Of a stretch of 64,000 nucleotides of DNA, positions 10,197 to 19,658 are shown piece by piece. This DNA comes from Puniceicoccales bacterium (lineage in GTDB: Bacteria; Verrucomicrobiota; Verrucomicrobiia; Opitutales; UBA9783): positions 10,980 to 74,979 of the forward strand of contig JAITAV010000024.1 of NCBI GenBank assembly GCA_031283895.1, read 5' to 3'. Every line of letters begins with the position of its first letter. Position 1 is the stretch's first letter. The notes under the pieces were generated by a model that worked only from the letters and a program-made list of their open reading frames with translations, ran no database searches and was not told the DNA's origin. The position numbers and the translations under genes are program-made.

Positions 10197-11354
10197 TTAA
10201 AAATTTTGTAAAGTTTTTTTGAGTTGATTTAAAATATAGGCCGCCCCTTGGTGAGCGGATTGGCTCCAATTAAAAACATGTTGCTCCCGTAAAGTACAGA
10301 GGCGCTGACGCCATTCCTCTCGCCGTATTAATAAGTCATCCAGTAAATATGGAAGTGTGGAACACTGTGCAAGCGGTACCTCGATACCAATTTCTCTGCG
10401 CAGAGCAATTTCCATAGGTTCTATTTGCAAATCTTGCCAGCGAGAATTGTGTTTTTTAAGTGGTGTTTCCATGAATATAACCGGACGTTCGGTTCCAAAA
10501 GCGTATTCGAATGCAATACCGGAACGATCTGTAATGAGCACATCCGCATCGTATAAGTTTTCTTCCGAAAGAAGCCGATCTTCCCAAATAAAATGGGCCA
10601 AAGATGCAATTTTATGTTGCAAATGGGATGCTTGCCGTGGACACCGTTTCAAAAACTCTGGATGTGGACGCAAGACAATCGTATAATTCAAAGGTGCCAA
10701 AACTTCTATGAGTAATTCAATGCCATTTTTAAGCAAACTCGCTACACCCCAAGTAGGTGCAATTAGAATTTTTCTGACCTCTTTATCGTGTTTACAAGGT
10801 CTTTGCCGAAAAGCTTGATATACAACATCCATACGTGGATAGCCTATAGGTAACAACTTTTTGTGAGGCAAATGATACAAATTTTCTCGCTTTTGGATTT
10901 CCCGTACATGGTGTGGACCAACACAGAAGATTGTATCGTAAGCGTCAAATGCGTGTTCATTATACTGAAGGTGTGTGCTCGAAAACGCATGAAATAGATA
11001 TATGTATTCTTGCGTATGCGGTGACTTTTTTAAATGATAAGTGTTTAGGTCGGGCATTGTAAAAACAAAAATCTGCGCATCCATTTTATCAAATACCGAC
11101 TTCAAAAAATGCTTGAAAAAAAATGGATACAAGCGCTCATGATGTCGCAACAATAGAGGATCATTCGGATCCGATGTAATATATGAACATGAAATATCTG
11201 AGTCTTGTAAAATTTCTCCGATGAAAGGCGCAAACGTTTGGAAGTAAATATCACGCTCGGAGTAAAAAACCAGACTGCGATGCCGACGATATTCTTTGCT
11301 GAAAAAAAGTTTGTAATTTTTATACTCTGTTTGCAGATTAGAAAACCAAGACAT
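10197..11354 (-). CDS. TagB/TagF-family CDP-alcohol (glycerophospho)transferase-like protein
   Basis: KILIAPTWG, VLRPHPEF, DADVLITDRSGIAFEYAFGTERPVIFM match the CDP-glycerol glycerophosphotransferase pattern. Start at ATG 11354, or 11438 as in the ORF track. Confidence 0.7.
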   Translation of the reverse strand: MSWFSNLQTEYKNYKLFFSKEYRRHRSLVFYSERDIYFQTFAPFIGEILQDSDISCSYITSDPNDPLLLRHHERLYPFFFKHFLKSVFDKMDAQIFVFTMPDLNTYHLKKSPHTQEYIYLFHAFSSTHLQYNEHAFDAYDTIFCVGPHHVREIQKRENLYHLPHKKLLPIGYPRMDVVYQAFRQRPCKHDKEVRKILIAPTWGVASLLKNGIELLIEVLAPLNYTIVLRPHPEFLKRCPRQASHLQHKIASLAHFIWEDRLLSEENLYDADVLITDRSGIAFEYAFGTERPVIFMETPLKKHNSRWQDLQIEPMEIALRREIGIEVPLAQCSTLPYLLDDLLIRREEWRQRLCTLREQHVFNWSQSAHQGAAYILNQLKKTLQNF

Positions 11355-14300
11355 GGTCAATATGGGCGTATTTAAGCAACAAGTAATTATTTTAGGTGCC
11401 GGTAAGTCAAAACAATTTTTCGAAAATCCATCCATCATTCATGTGGATCAAGAAACATGCACCTTAGATTGGCTACTCAATGCATTCGATAAAACAATCA
11501 CACGTTATTTGTTTGTGGGAGGATACAAGATGGATGAAATCACCCATCGCTATCCCCATTTGCACTTTGTCGTAAATCCCATTTGGAAACATTCAGGGTG
11601 CATAGAGTCATTGCATTTATCAGATTTTGACCCACAATTACCCGCTTTCGTCTGTTACGGCGATATTTTAGTGCGTCCCGAATTGGTTAAGGATATCTTG
11701 CAAGCGGCTCGGCAAGATGATGTTGATGTTGTATTTGCACTCGATTCGGATCCTAAAACAATTGCAACAAAACCTGATTGCGAATACATCCATTGCAATT
11801 TTAATGGAAATTCTACCGATGGTAAGCAAAACTTTATTGGACTTATTTATTTGAAGCCGAATGTATTGCAGCAATTAAAGAATAATTTTCCATTGGGTTC
11901 GACTCACCAGCGTTTATCGGGGTTATTACCCTATTTTTTACAAAATAAATTTAACATCCAAACGGTGGAAGCACATGGATTATGGGTGGAAGTTCAACAG
12001 CCGGGTGACGTAGCTCGTTTTATTCTCACCACCAAGGCCCAAACTTTACATACCTTAAAACATCGCATTACCAAGGCAAAGATAGCGGAACAAGTACACT
12101 TTTCGGTTCAAGAGTGGCAAAACAATCGACAAACTATACTCGATATTTTAAAACAAACTTTTGGAAAAAAATTGCTCGTTGTCCGCAGTAGTTCGTTGCA
12201 AGAAGACGGGTTTTCAAAAGCCAATGCCGGAAGGTTTACAAGTGTTATTGACGTCCAAATGCGCGATGCCGATTTAATGCAAGCTGTGGAAGCCGTTATT
12301 GCTTCTTACGGTCAAGCGATGACCCAAGAAGATCAAGTATTGGTGCAACCTATGTTGCAAAATGTAGACGCTTGCGGTGTTGTCTTTACGCGTACGTTGA
12401 ACTATGGGGCTCCTTATTACATCGTAAATTACGACATAGAAAATACGACAGCCGTCACAAGCGGCATCAGCGATAGCGATTGTATTTTTTATCACTGGAA
12501 AACAGCACCTATCCCTAAAAATGCCCCTTATTTCTTCAAAGATTTATACGAAGCCATTCAAGAGATTGAATTTTTGACACAATTTGATGCTTTAGACATT
12601 GAATTTGCGATCACAAAGACGCACGAATTGTACATCTTTCAAGTACGTCCGCTCGCTGCACAACATTTACGTGAAATTGATGACAGCCGATTGCAAGAAC
12701 AATTGCAACAAGCATCCAAGCGATTTGAAGACATGCAGCAGGCGCACCCTGGGATAAGTGGCAATCGAACCATCTTTGGGATCATGCCCGATTGGAATCC
12801 TGCAGAAATTGTTGGTATTAAACCGAGAACATTGGCCATAACCCTTTATCAACAATTGATCACTCATGAAATTTGGGCGCAACAACGACATGAATTTGGA
12901 TATAAAGATGTACGTCCATATCCACTTATCGTATGTTTTTCCGGACACCCATACGTGGATGTCCGTGCCAGTATTCATTCTTTTTTGCCTGCAAACTTAA
13001 AACAATCTACTACAGAAAAACTCGTTCACTATTACCTGAATCGCCTTTCGACACATCCCGAATGGCATGACAAACTCGAATTTATGGTCATGCCCACATG
13101 CTACACGTTCGACTTTGAAGACCGTTGGCACACGGCTTTAACACGCGAAGCCGGTTTATCGGAAGACGAATTTGAATCTTACAAGCAAAATTTGTTGCAT
13201 TTAACGCAGGATGCCTTTCAAAAATGTACGGAACAATACAAGGCAACCGGGTCCATAGATGAACAATTTGAAGCTATTCAACGGGTACCGTTGTCGGACT
13301 TAGATCGTCTGTACGTATTATTCGAAACGTGTAAACGAGGAACGTTAAATTTTTCCCACTTGGCACGCTGCGGTTTTATCGCCAGTGCTTTTTTAAATTC
13401 CTCTTTGGCCAAAAACATGCTTACGGAGGCCGAAAAAGAAGCGCTTTTGGGCGACATTCAAACCATTACGGGAACATTTTTTGAAGAGACAAAAAAAGTG
13501 CTTAATGGTCAAGTTTCCCGTACCCATTTCATTTGTAAATATGGACATCTAAGACCGGGTACGTACGATATTACGTCTCCAGCGTACAAAGTGGATCCCG
13601 ATAAATACTTATTTGGGCACTCGGGACAACAGGTTGCGACGGTGATAACTCCTAAAAACACATTCCATAATCCAACCTTCGAAAAGATTTTATCGGACAC
13701 GCTGTCGGTTTCGTTGGATACCTTTAAACATTTTTTACAACAGGCAATTGCGGGTCGCGAATATTCCAAATTTGTTTTCACAAGGTACGTTTCTGAAATC
13801 CTGGATATCCTCGAACGTTTAGGACAGAGGTACGGGCTTTCTGCAGACGATGTTTCTTACCTTCCCATTACAACGTGGTTGGACTTGCGCAACGGTATTG
13901 CAAGTGACGGTAAAACAAAATGGCTTTTAAGGACACAAATTGAGTATCAAAAAGAGTATCATCAAGTTGCCCAGTGTATCGAATTGCCACCGTTAATACT
14001 GCAACAAAGTGACTTTTTCTCATTCTTTGTGCCTAAAACTTTACCCAATTTCATTGGCAACCAGTGCGTCGAAGCACCCCTTGTTTACTTAAAAAATTCA
14101 AACGAAACCAACGGTGATAGCCTACGTCATAAAATCGTACTGATTGAAAAGGCAGATCCCGGATTCGATTGGATATTTAATTACGAGATTGCCGGACTCA
14201 TCACGGTGTACGGAGGACCCAATTCGCACATGGCGATTCGTTCGGCCGAATTTAAATTGCCGGCCAGCATTGGCATTGGTAATACACTTTTTAACACGTT

Positions 14301-14361
14301 AAAAACGGCCCAATGGGTACAACTGGATTGCAACATTCATACCTTGAAAGTTGTACGCTAA
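11353..14361 (+). CDS. fusion protein: nucleotidyltransferase-like domain + PPDK_N ATP-grasp + swivelling phosphohistidine domain (Cj1418-like amide kinase candidate)
   Basis: N-terminus VIILGAGKSKQF... (GT-A/NTP-transferase-like). Middle LLVVRSSSLQEDGFSKANAGRFTSV and GVVFTRTLNYGAPYYIVNYD (PEP/pyruvate-binding). C-terminus GLITVYGGPNSHMAIRSAEFKLPASIG (PEP-utilizer mobile domain). Confidence 0.75.
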   Translation: MVNMGVFKQQVIILGAGKSKQFFENPSIIHVDQETCTLDWLLNAFDKTITRYLFVGGYKMDEITHRYPHLHFVVNPIWKHSGCIESLHLSDFDPQLPAFVCYGDILVRPELVKDILQAARQDDVDVVFALDSDPKTIATKPDCEYIHCNFNGNSTDGKQNFIGLIYLKPNVLQQLKNNFPLGSTHQRLSGLLPYFLQNKFNIQTVEAHGLWVEVQQPGDVARFILTTKAQTLHTLKHRITKAKIAEQVHFSVQEWQNNRQTILDILKQTFGKKLLVVRSSSLQEDGFSKANAGRFTSVIDVQMRDADLMQAVEAVIASYGQAMTQEDQVLVQPMLQNVDACGVVFTRTLNYGAPYYIVNYDIENTTAVTSGISDSDCIFYHWKTAPIPKNAPYFFKDLYEAIQEIEFLTQFDALDIEFAITKTHELYIFQVRPLAAQHLREIDDSRLQEQLQQASKRFEDMQQAHPGISGNRTIFGIMPDWNPAEIVGIKPRTLAITLYQQLITHEIWAQQRHEFGYKDVRPYPLIVCFSGHPYVDVRASIHSFLPANLKQSTTEKLVHYYLNRLSTHPEWHDKLEFMVMPTCYTFDFEDRWHTALTREAGLSEDEFESYKQNLLHLTQDAFQKCTEQYKATGSIDEQFEAIQRVPLSDLDRLYVLFETCKRGTLNFSHLARCGFIASAFLNSSLAKNMLTEAEKEALLGDIQTITGTFFEETKKVLNGQVSRTHFICKYGHLRPGTYDITSPAYKVDPDKYLFGHSGQQVATVITPKNTFHNPTFEKILSDTLSVSLDTFKHFLQQAIAGREYSKFVFTRYVSEILDILERLGQRYGLSADDVSYLPITTWLDLRNGIASDGKTKWLLRTQIEYQKEYHQVAQCIELPPLILQQSDFFSFFVPKTLPNFIGNQCVEAPLVYLKNSNETNGDSLRHKIVLIEKADPGFDWIFNYEIAGLITVYGGPNSHMAIRSAEFKLPASIGIGNTLFNTLKTAQWVQLDCNIHTLKVVR

Positions 14362-14960
14362 TGACAACAAAAATAGGAATTACACAACGTGTGGAAACGG
14401 TAGAAGCATACGCTGAAGTGCGCGATGCTTTGGATCAGCGTTGGTACCGTCTATTTGCACCACTCAGTACCGTATTGATACCGATTCCAAACGCGATGGA
14501 AAAAATGAATGTTTATTTCCGCGAGTGTAATTTTGACGGTTTTGTATTAACTGGAGGCAATCACCATCCTCTGCGCGATCGTTGCGAGCAGGATATCCTT
14601 AACTACGCCGTAAAACAACAAAAACCCGTGTTAGGCGTGTGTCACGGTATGCAATTTATGTCAAAATACTTCAAGGCGCCATTAGTACTTATAGACAATC
14701 ACGTAGGCGAACATACCATCACGATTCAGGCTAACCGTTGGGGATTTCCGGAAGGTATATGCACGGTTAACTCATATCATCGCCACGCCCTCTCATGCAT
14801 ACCCACTAACTTTACGGGCTTTGCATTTGACAAAGACGGTTACTGCGAAGCCATGCAACATAACACACTTCCGTTTGTAACCTGCATGTGGCATCCGGAA
14901 CGCGATACGTCGCTTCCAACCTGGTTTCATATCTTCCTAAAAAAATTGTTCCAAGCATGA
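14361..14960 (+). CDS. class I glutamine amidotransferase / peptidase C26-like hydrolase
   Basis: TAATG coupling to the upstream gene. Nucleophile elbow PVLGVCHGMQF and MWHPERD (Cys-His-Glu triad). Confidence 0.8.
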   Translation: MTTKIGITQRVETVEAYAEVRDALDQRWYRLFAPLSTVLIPIPNAMEKMNVYFRECNFDGFVLTGGNHHPLRDRCEQDILNYAVKQQKPVLGVCHGMQFMSKYFKAPLVLIDNHVGEHTITIQANRWGFPEGICTVNSYHRHALSCIPTNFTGFAFDKDGYCEAMQHNTLPFVTCMWHPERDTSLPTWFHIFLKKLFQA

Positions 14961-15694
14961 CATCTCCTCAAGTTTTTATCTTATGTGCCGGTGAAGGGCG
15001 GCGACTGCGGCCCCTCACCGAAGACAAACCTAAATGCTTGGTTCCTTATAGGAATAAACCGATTTTGCAGTACCAATTAGAAATTATTAAAACACTGCAA
15101 TTAAACGATGTTACCCTTATTGGAGGACATCGGCATGAAGTTTTGCCCAATACGTACGCCAAAATTGTCAATGCACGCTACGCAGAAACGAATATGCTGC
15201 ACAGTTTGTTCTGTGCAGAAAATAGGATGGATGCCTCGCGCGATATGATCGTTGCTTACGGCGACATCATTTATCACGCATCTGTTTTAAAGACATTGCT
15301 GGAAGCACACGATCCCATTGCAATTGTAACGGATGTAGATTGGGAACGCTACTGGCAAAATCGCATGGAAGATCCTTTACAAGATGCAGAAACGTTTCGT
15401 TGGGATCCCCATACACGTCGTATTTTCGAATTGGGAAGAAAACCTAAATTGCAATCCGACATTCAGGGCCAGTACATCGGCTTATTTAAAATCGACGCAT
15501 CGTACGTGACAACTTTTAAAACTTTCCATCATCATTTTTGTCAAACACATGCGAATGCAGAAAAAGCCTACATGACCGATTTTTTACAGTATCTCATCGA
15601 TCAGCAACAACCTGCATTCGGTATTCCCATCCACAACCGATGGGCGGAATTCGATACCGTACAAGATCTGCAAGTGACAGTTGATTTTTTATGA
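14957..15694 (+). CDS. sugar/phospho-substrate nucleotidyltransferase (cytidylyltransferase-like)
   Basis: ATGA coupling. FILCAGEGRRLRPLTEDKPKCLV is the GxGxRL NTP-transferase signature. Confidence 0.8.
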   Translation: MTSPQVFILCAGEGRRLRPLTEDKPKCLVPYRNKPILQYQLEIIKTLQLNDVTLIGGHRHEVLPNTYAKIVNARYAETNMLHSLFCAENRMDASRDMIVAYGDIIYHASVLKTLLEAHDPIAIVTDVDWERYWQNRMEDPLQDAETFRWDPHTRRIFELGRKPKLQSDIQGQYIGLFKIDASYVTTFKTFHHHFCQTHANAEKAYMTDFLQYLIDQQQPAFGIPIHNRWAEFDTVQDLQVTVDFL

Positions 15695-16730
15695 AACAGG
15701 GGACGAAAAACACAATTCTAGGGATATTGCTCCCATTTTTTTGGATTATTTTTACCTACAATCAAAACCACGGCTACTTTACAAGCTGTTATGAACTTTT
15801 ATGGCAGGTAGGTTTAATTTTACTTTCATTACATGGATTTTTATCATTTTTACGTATACCCTACCGTTATACCTGGATTGTATGGATCAGTGTGTTGGTT
15901 CCCCTAGGGAATTTATCTGTTTTCACCGACAGTTTCGTTCGTCTTATTATTGCGTGTACAGGCTGCTTTATTGTTCGAAAAATACCTAGTTTTAAATTTG
16001 CCGTTAGTATGATCGTTTTATTGCTGTGTCTGAACACGTTTCAACTGATACGGCAAAACTTAACTGCCCATAAAGAAGCGCAAGTACATTTACCGGATGT
16101 AAAAAATTCCACACTCCAGAAACTTCCCATAATATTTACTGGATTATCTGCGATGCATACGTAAGTCGATTCATTTTACAGCGCTATTATAATTACGAAA
16201 ATGCTCCATTTTATGATCAATTACAGGCATTAGGATTTAATACACTCGATGGTCATACTGAACATTATCCAACACTCCGTGCCATCAATACTTATCTCCA
16301 AAATGTTATTGCCGCGAATCCCTCTACACTCTCTTCTTTGACACTCCATCATATGTTAAAAAAAACTCCACTGTTCAAAGTTTGTAAAGAACGTGGATGG
16401 ATATTGCACATCTTAGAACCTCGATTCCCATTTTTGCATATGTTGTGTCGAAAAATCGACATAACCAAAAAGATTTACCAGTCGTACAATGAAATATTTT
16501 CAAAAGCGACGTCAAATGTATTACTGCAAAGTACTGGATGGGAATGCATTTTGTTCTTGTTTACAATGCATCTTTCCAATTTGCAATCCAATGTCGTTTC
16601 TTTTAACACTTTAGGATATAAATGGATGAACACACTATTAAAAGCACAATCATTAATGCCGTCTGATCTGCAACAAAATGTTTTCGTTCAAACATTGTAC
16701 ACCGAATTACTTCCCCAATGGCTTTCATAA
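15691..16730 (+). pseudogene. membrane-anchored alkaline-phosphatase/sulfatase-superfamily transferase, frameshifted and C-terminally short (paralog of 22408..23841)
   Basis: ORF 15691..16164 (4-5 TM helices, ...VHLPDVKNSTLQKLP) continues in another frame as HNIYWIICDAYVSRF...YENAPFYDQLQALGF. This parallels LPITKNQNISKYPNIYHIILDAYTNY...NSDFYNALEQLGF of the paralog. The shift is at the C3 tract 16126-16128. It lacks the paralog's C-terminal HGDHG region. Confidence 0.5.
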
Positions 16731-17584
16731 TGAAAACCTTAGAAATAACCGTTTTAGCTTACGAAGGGCCCATTTATCGAACTTACATGAGCATCTTAAA
16801 TGCATTGGGTTATAGGGTAAAAAGGATTATTAAATTATATAATGGACACGATAAACTGCGTTGGCTACTTCGCTATTGGCGTAATAACTTATTGTACATC
16901 AAAGAAGCTTTATCTAACAATTATTGGCCTACTTATTTTATCAAAAGAAAAGAAATCTTTGAACCTATACGGCAAACAATCCTACAAAATTATCACTTAC
17001 CCAACACATTTTTTAGTTTATTTTCACAAGGTAACTTTAACGTCCATGTCTTTTCGGAAGAATGCATTTATTGTGAGTGCGGACCTACAGGATTCAAAAG
17101 TGATAACCTTTTTGACTTATTAAGAAGCCTAGGACCTCAAACGTATCTTTTTACAGGTGGGGGTCTAGTACCTCAACGTATTCTCGAATTACCACAAACG
17201 CAATTTGTGCACATTCATCCGGGGTATTTACCCTACGTACGTGGTGCCGATGGTATTCTATGGTCTACACTTATCCGTAAAAAACCAGGTGCCGCATGCT
17301 TTTACATGGTACCGCAATTGGATGAAGGAAACCTTATTTTTACAGAAGAACTACCGGCGTTGCATTTTAACATCCCTGCGTACCAAGATTTGAAAACATT
17401 GTACCGTCTACCGTTTTCATTTTACGATCCGGCGGTACGCGCCGTCCTCTTAAAGCGCGTTTTGGAAGCATTTGGCACACTAACCAACTTACCCACACGA
17501 CCACAAGACATTGCACAAGGGATTACCTACCATTTTATGCACGATATGCTCCAAGAAAAAGTATTCAAACAGATATTTGTGTAA
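16730..17584 (+). CDS. formyltransferase-fold protein (sugar N-formyl/acyl transferase candidate)
   Basis: FVHIHPGYLPYVRGADGILW ... VPQLDEGNLI resembles the N(x)H(P/G)SLLPxxRG ... D motifs of Fmt/PurN/ArnA-type formyltransferases, with His in place of the usual Asn. TAATG coupling to the upstream gene. Confidence 0.6.
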   Translation: MKTLEITVLAYEGPIYRTYMSILNALGYRVKRIIKLYNGHDKLRWLLRYWRNNLLYIKEALSNNYWPTYFIKRKEIFEPIRQTILQNYHLPNTFFSLFSQGNFNVHVFSEECIYCECGPTGFKSDNLFDLLRSLGPQTYLFTGGGLVPQRILELPQTQFVHIHPGYLPYVRGADGILWSTLIRKKPGAACFYMVPQLDEGNLIFTEELPALHFNIPAYQDLKTLYRLPFSFYDPAVRAVLLKRVLEAFGTLTNLPTRPQDIAQGITYHFMHDMLQEKVFKQIFV

Positions 17585-17768
17585 AAAAGTCCGGAAACGT
17601 TTGAATAATTGACAAGTACTACTCTAAAACCTACTCAAATCAAGATATGTAATTTCCTCTTGTTATTCGGAAACTGAGACAAAAAGATATTACTCACTTG
17701 TAAAGAGCCAGAAAACTTCCGGCTTTTGCCTAGCAAAACAACCTTTTGACAAAGTGAAACTTCTGAGT

Positions 17769-17993
17769 TTACTCTTTGGGCTTACCACCAAATAATCGTT
17801 TGACAAAACCAAATAATTTCGCAAACGAATTACGAAAAAACCAAACAACGGTTAAACACCCTGCAATAAGCGATTGAACCACCAACCCTCCCAGCCCTGG
17901 ATCTATGTAAGCTATCATAAAAATGTTTTTACAGTATAACTCAAATTGTTCAAGCAAAATGCATAATTTTATTACTTCAATCATCTTATTCAA
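17769..17993 (-). CDS. small membrane protein (probable true start at 17918, MIAYIDPGLGG...)
   Basis: One hydrophobic helix (LVVQSLIAGCLTVVWFF) and a basic tail. No family assignment possible by eye. Confidence 0.35.
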   Translation of the reverse strand: MNKMIEVIKLCILLEQFELYCKNIFMIAYIDPGLGGLVVQSLIAGCLTVVWFFRNSFAKLFGFVKRLFGGKPKE

Positions 17994-18599
17994 TGATTTC
18001 TTAAGTTTAATTAAAAGAAATAAGGGTTCTTTGCTTTAAAGGTGGATTTTGTTTTTAGTTAACCTGTATACTTGTTAAAGACAAAAGCTCTTCACAAGCA
18101 GTAAAGCATCTTTAATTTTCTATAGTAAGTCTTTATACGGGTATAAAAGGAGGTTCTAATTTTATTGGTAATTGTAAATTTTATCACCTATATATGTAGT
18201 TGTTTTTAATTGAGGTTGTCTTTTAATAACAAGTGTTGGAGAATTTATGGGGAAAGCTTTCATATAAACAGTCCTTGAAAAATCAGAAAATGTAAAAAGT
18301 TTGACAATAGAGGATGAGGTTTGCAAATTAAATTACTAACATGATAACAATCCAAGTAATCATTGCATAGTGTAGAGGATGTATGTTTTGATGGTCATAA
18401 GGAAAACCAAAAATCGAGAATTTGGACAGCCGATAAGTATAAAATGTGATGAAAATATGGAAGTGGACCTCGATCACATTTTATGCATAAAGAATTATGT
18501 TTTTGGGAAGAATGCTTTGAAAATGCACTCTATTATGGTGGTCGATGGGTGAGTAATTGACGTAATTTTGCGCATTATACTTCATTATCATTAAAGAAC

Positions 18600-19658
18600 A
18601 TGAAAATTTTACTTACGGGAGGGGCTGGATTTATTGGGTCACACTTTGTCAAACAAGCAATCCAGGATAGGCATGAAATTGTCAACGTCGATAAATTAAC
18701 CTATGCGGGGAATCTAGACAACCTGGAAGAATATGCCCGGGTTTCTCAACATTGCTTCTACAAAGAAGACATTGTAAACAGAGAAAATATGCGTGCCATC
18801 TTTGAAAAAGAACAACCGGATATGGTGGTGCATATGGCTGCCGAATCTCACGTCGATCGTTCCATTGAATCGGGAGATGCATTTTTACAAACAAATGTCA
18901 TGGGAACGTATAACTTGCTTACCGTTGCTCATCATTACTGGCAATCCTTACCAAAAGCAAAACGTCTCTCTTTTCGGTTTCTGCATTTATCCACAGACGA
19001 AGTTTTTGGGACTTTGCAGCCGAATGAAGATAAATTTTGCGAAACCACGCCCTACTGTCCCAATTCTCCCTACGCTGCATCAAAGGCATCGTCAGATTTA
19101 TTCGTGAGGGCTTACCATCATACGTATGGATTACCCATCATTATTGCAAACACCACCAACAACTATGGGCCTTTTCAGTTCCCGGAAAAGCTCATACCGG
19201 TGGTTATCTTAAACGCGTTGGAACAAAAGTCCATCCCCGTATACGGTGACGGCAAACAAATTCGCGATTGGCTCTTTGTCGAAGACCATATCGAAGCTTT
19301 ACTGAAGCTCATAACGCATGGGCACATTGGAGAAACGTATTGTATTGGTGGTGAAAATGAGTGGACTAATTTGGATGTTGTAAATGAGATTTGCACACTG
19401 TTGGATCGAATAAAACCGCTTATTAAAGGCTCCTATAAAGATTTAATTGCATTCGTACAAGATCGTCCCGGACACGATCGTCGTTACGCTATTAATGCTA
19501 ACAAAATTCACCAAGAACTGGGATGGGTTGCACATCACTCCATGCAAGAAGGATTGCAAAAAACGGTTCAATGGTACGTTGCCAATGCTGCAAGACTTAA
19601 CACTTTGTTTGATCGGCATCGATTGGGATTAAAAAATAATCATGAAAAAAGTTTCTAA
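18600..19658 (+). CDS. rfbB: dTDP-glucose 4,6-dehydratase
   Basis: MKILLTGGAGFIGSHF, STDEVFG, YAASKASSD, RPGHDRRYAI. Confidence 0.95.
   Translation: MKILLTGGAGFIGSHFVKQAIQDRHEIVNVDKLTYAGNLDNLEEYARVSQHCFYKEDIVNRENMRAIFEKEQPDMVVHMAAESHVDRSIESGDAFLQTNVMGTYNLLTVAHHYWQSLPKAKRLSFRFLHLSTDEVFGTLQPNEDKFCETTPYCPNSPYAASKASSDLFVRAYHHTYGLPIIIANTTNNYGPFQFPEKLIPVVILNALEQKSIPVYGDGKQIRDWLFVEDHIEALLKLITHGHIGETYCIGGENEWTNLDVVNEICTLLDRIKPLIKGSYKDLIAFVQDRPGHDRRYAINANKIHQELGWVAHHSMQEGLQKTVQWYVANAARLNTLFDRHRLGLKNNHEKSF

Noticed and set aside
18391-18552. 53-aa ORF (MVIRKTKNREFGQPISIKCDENMEVDLDHILC...) in the 600-bp leader upstream of rfbB. Also searched this leader for sigma70 -35/-10 pairs and a JUMPstart/ops (GGCGGTAG) element.
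   Set aside because: No family resemblance for the ORF. The TTGACG at 18557 has no properly spaced -10 box. No ops-like element was found.
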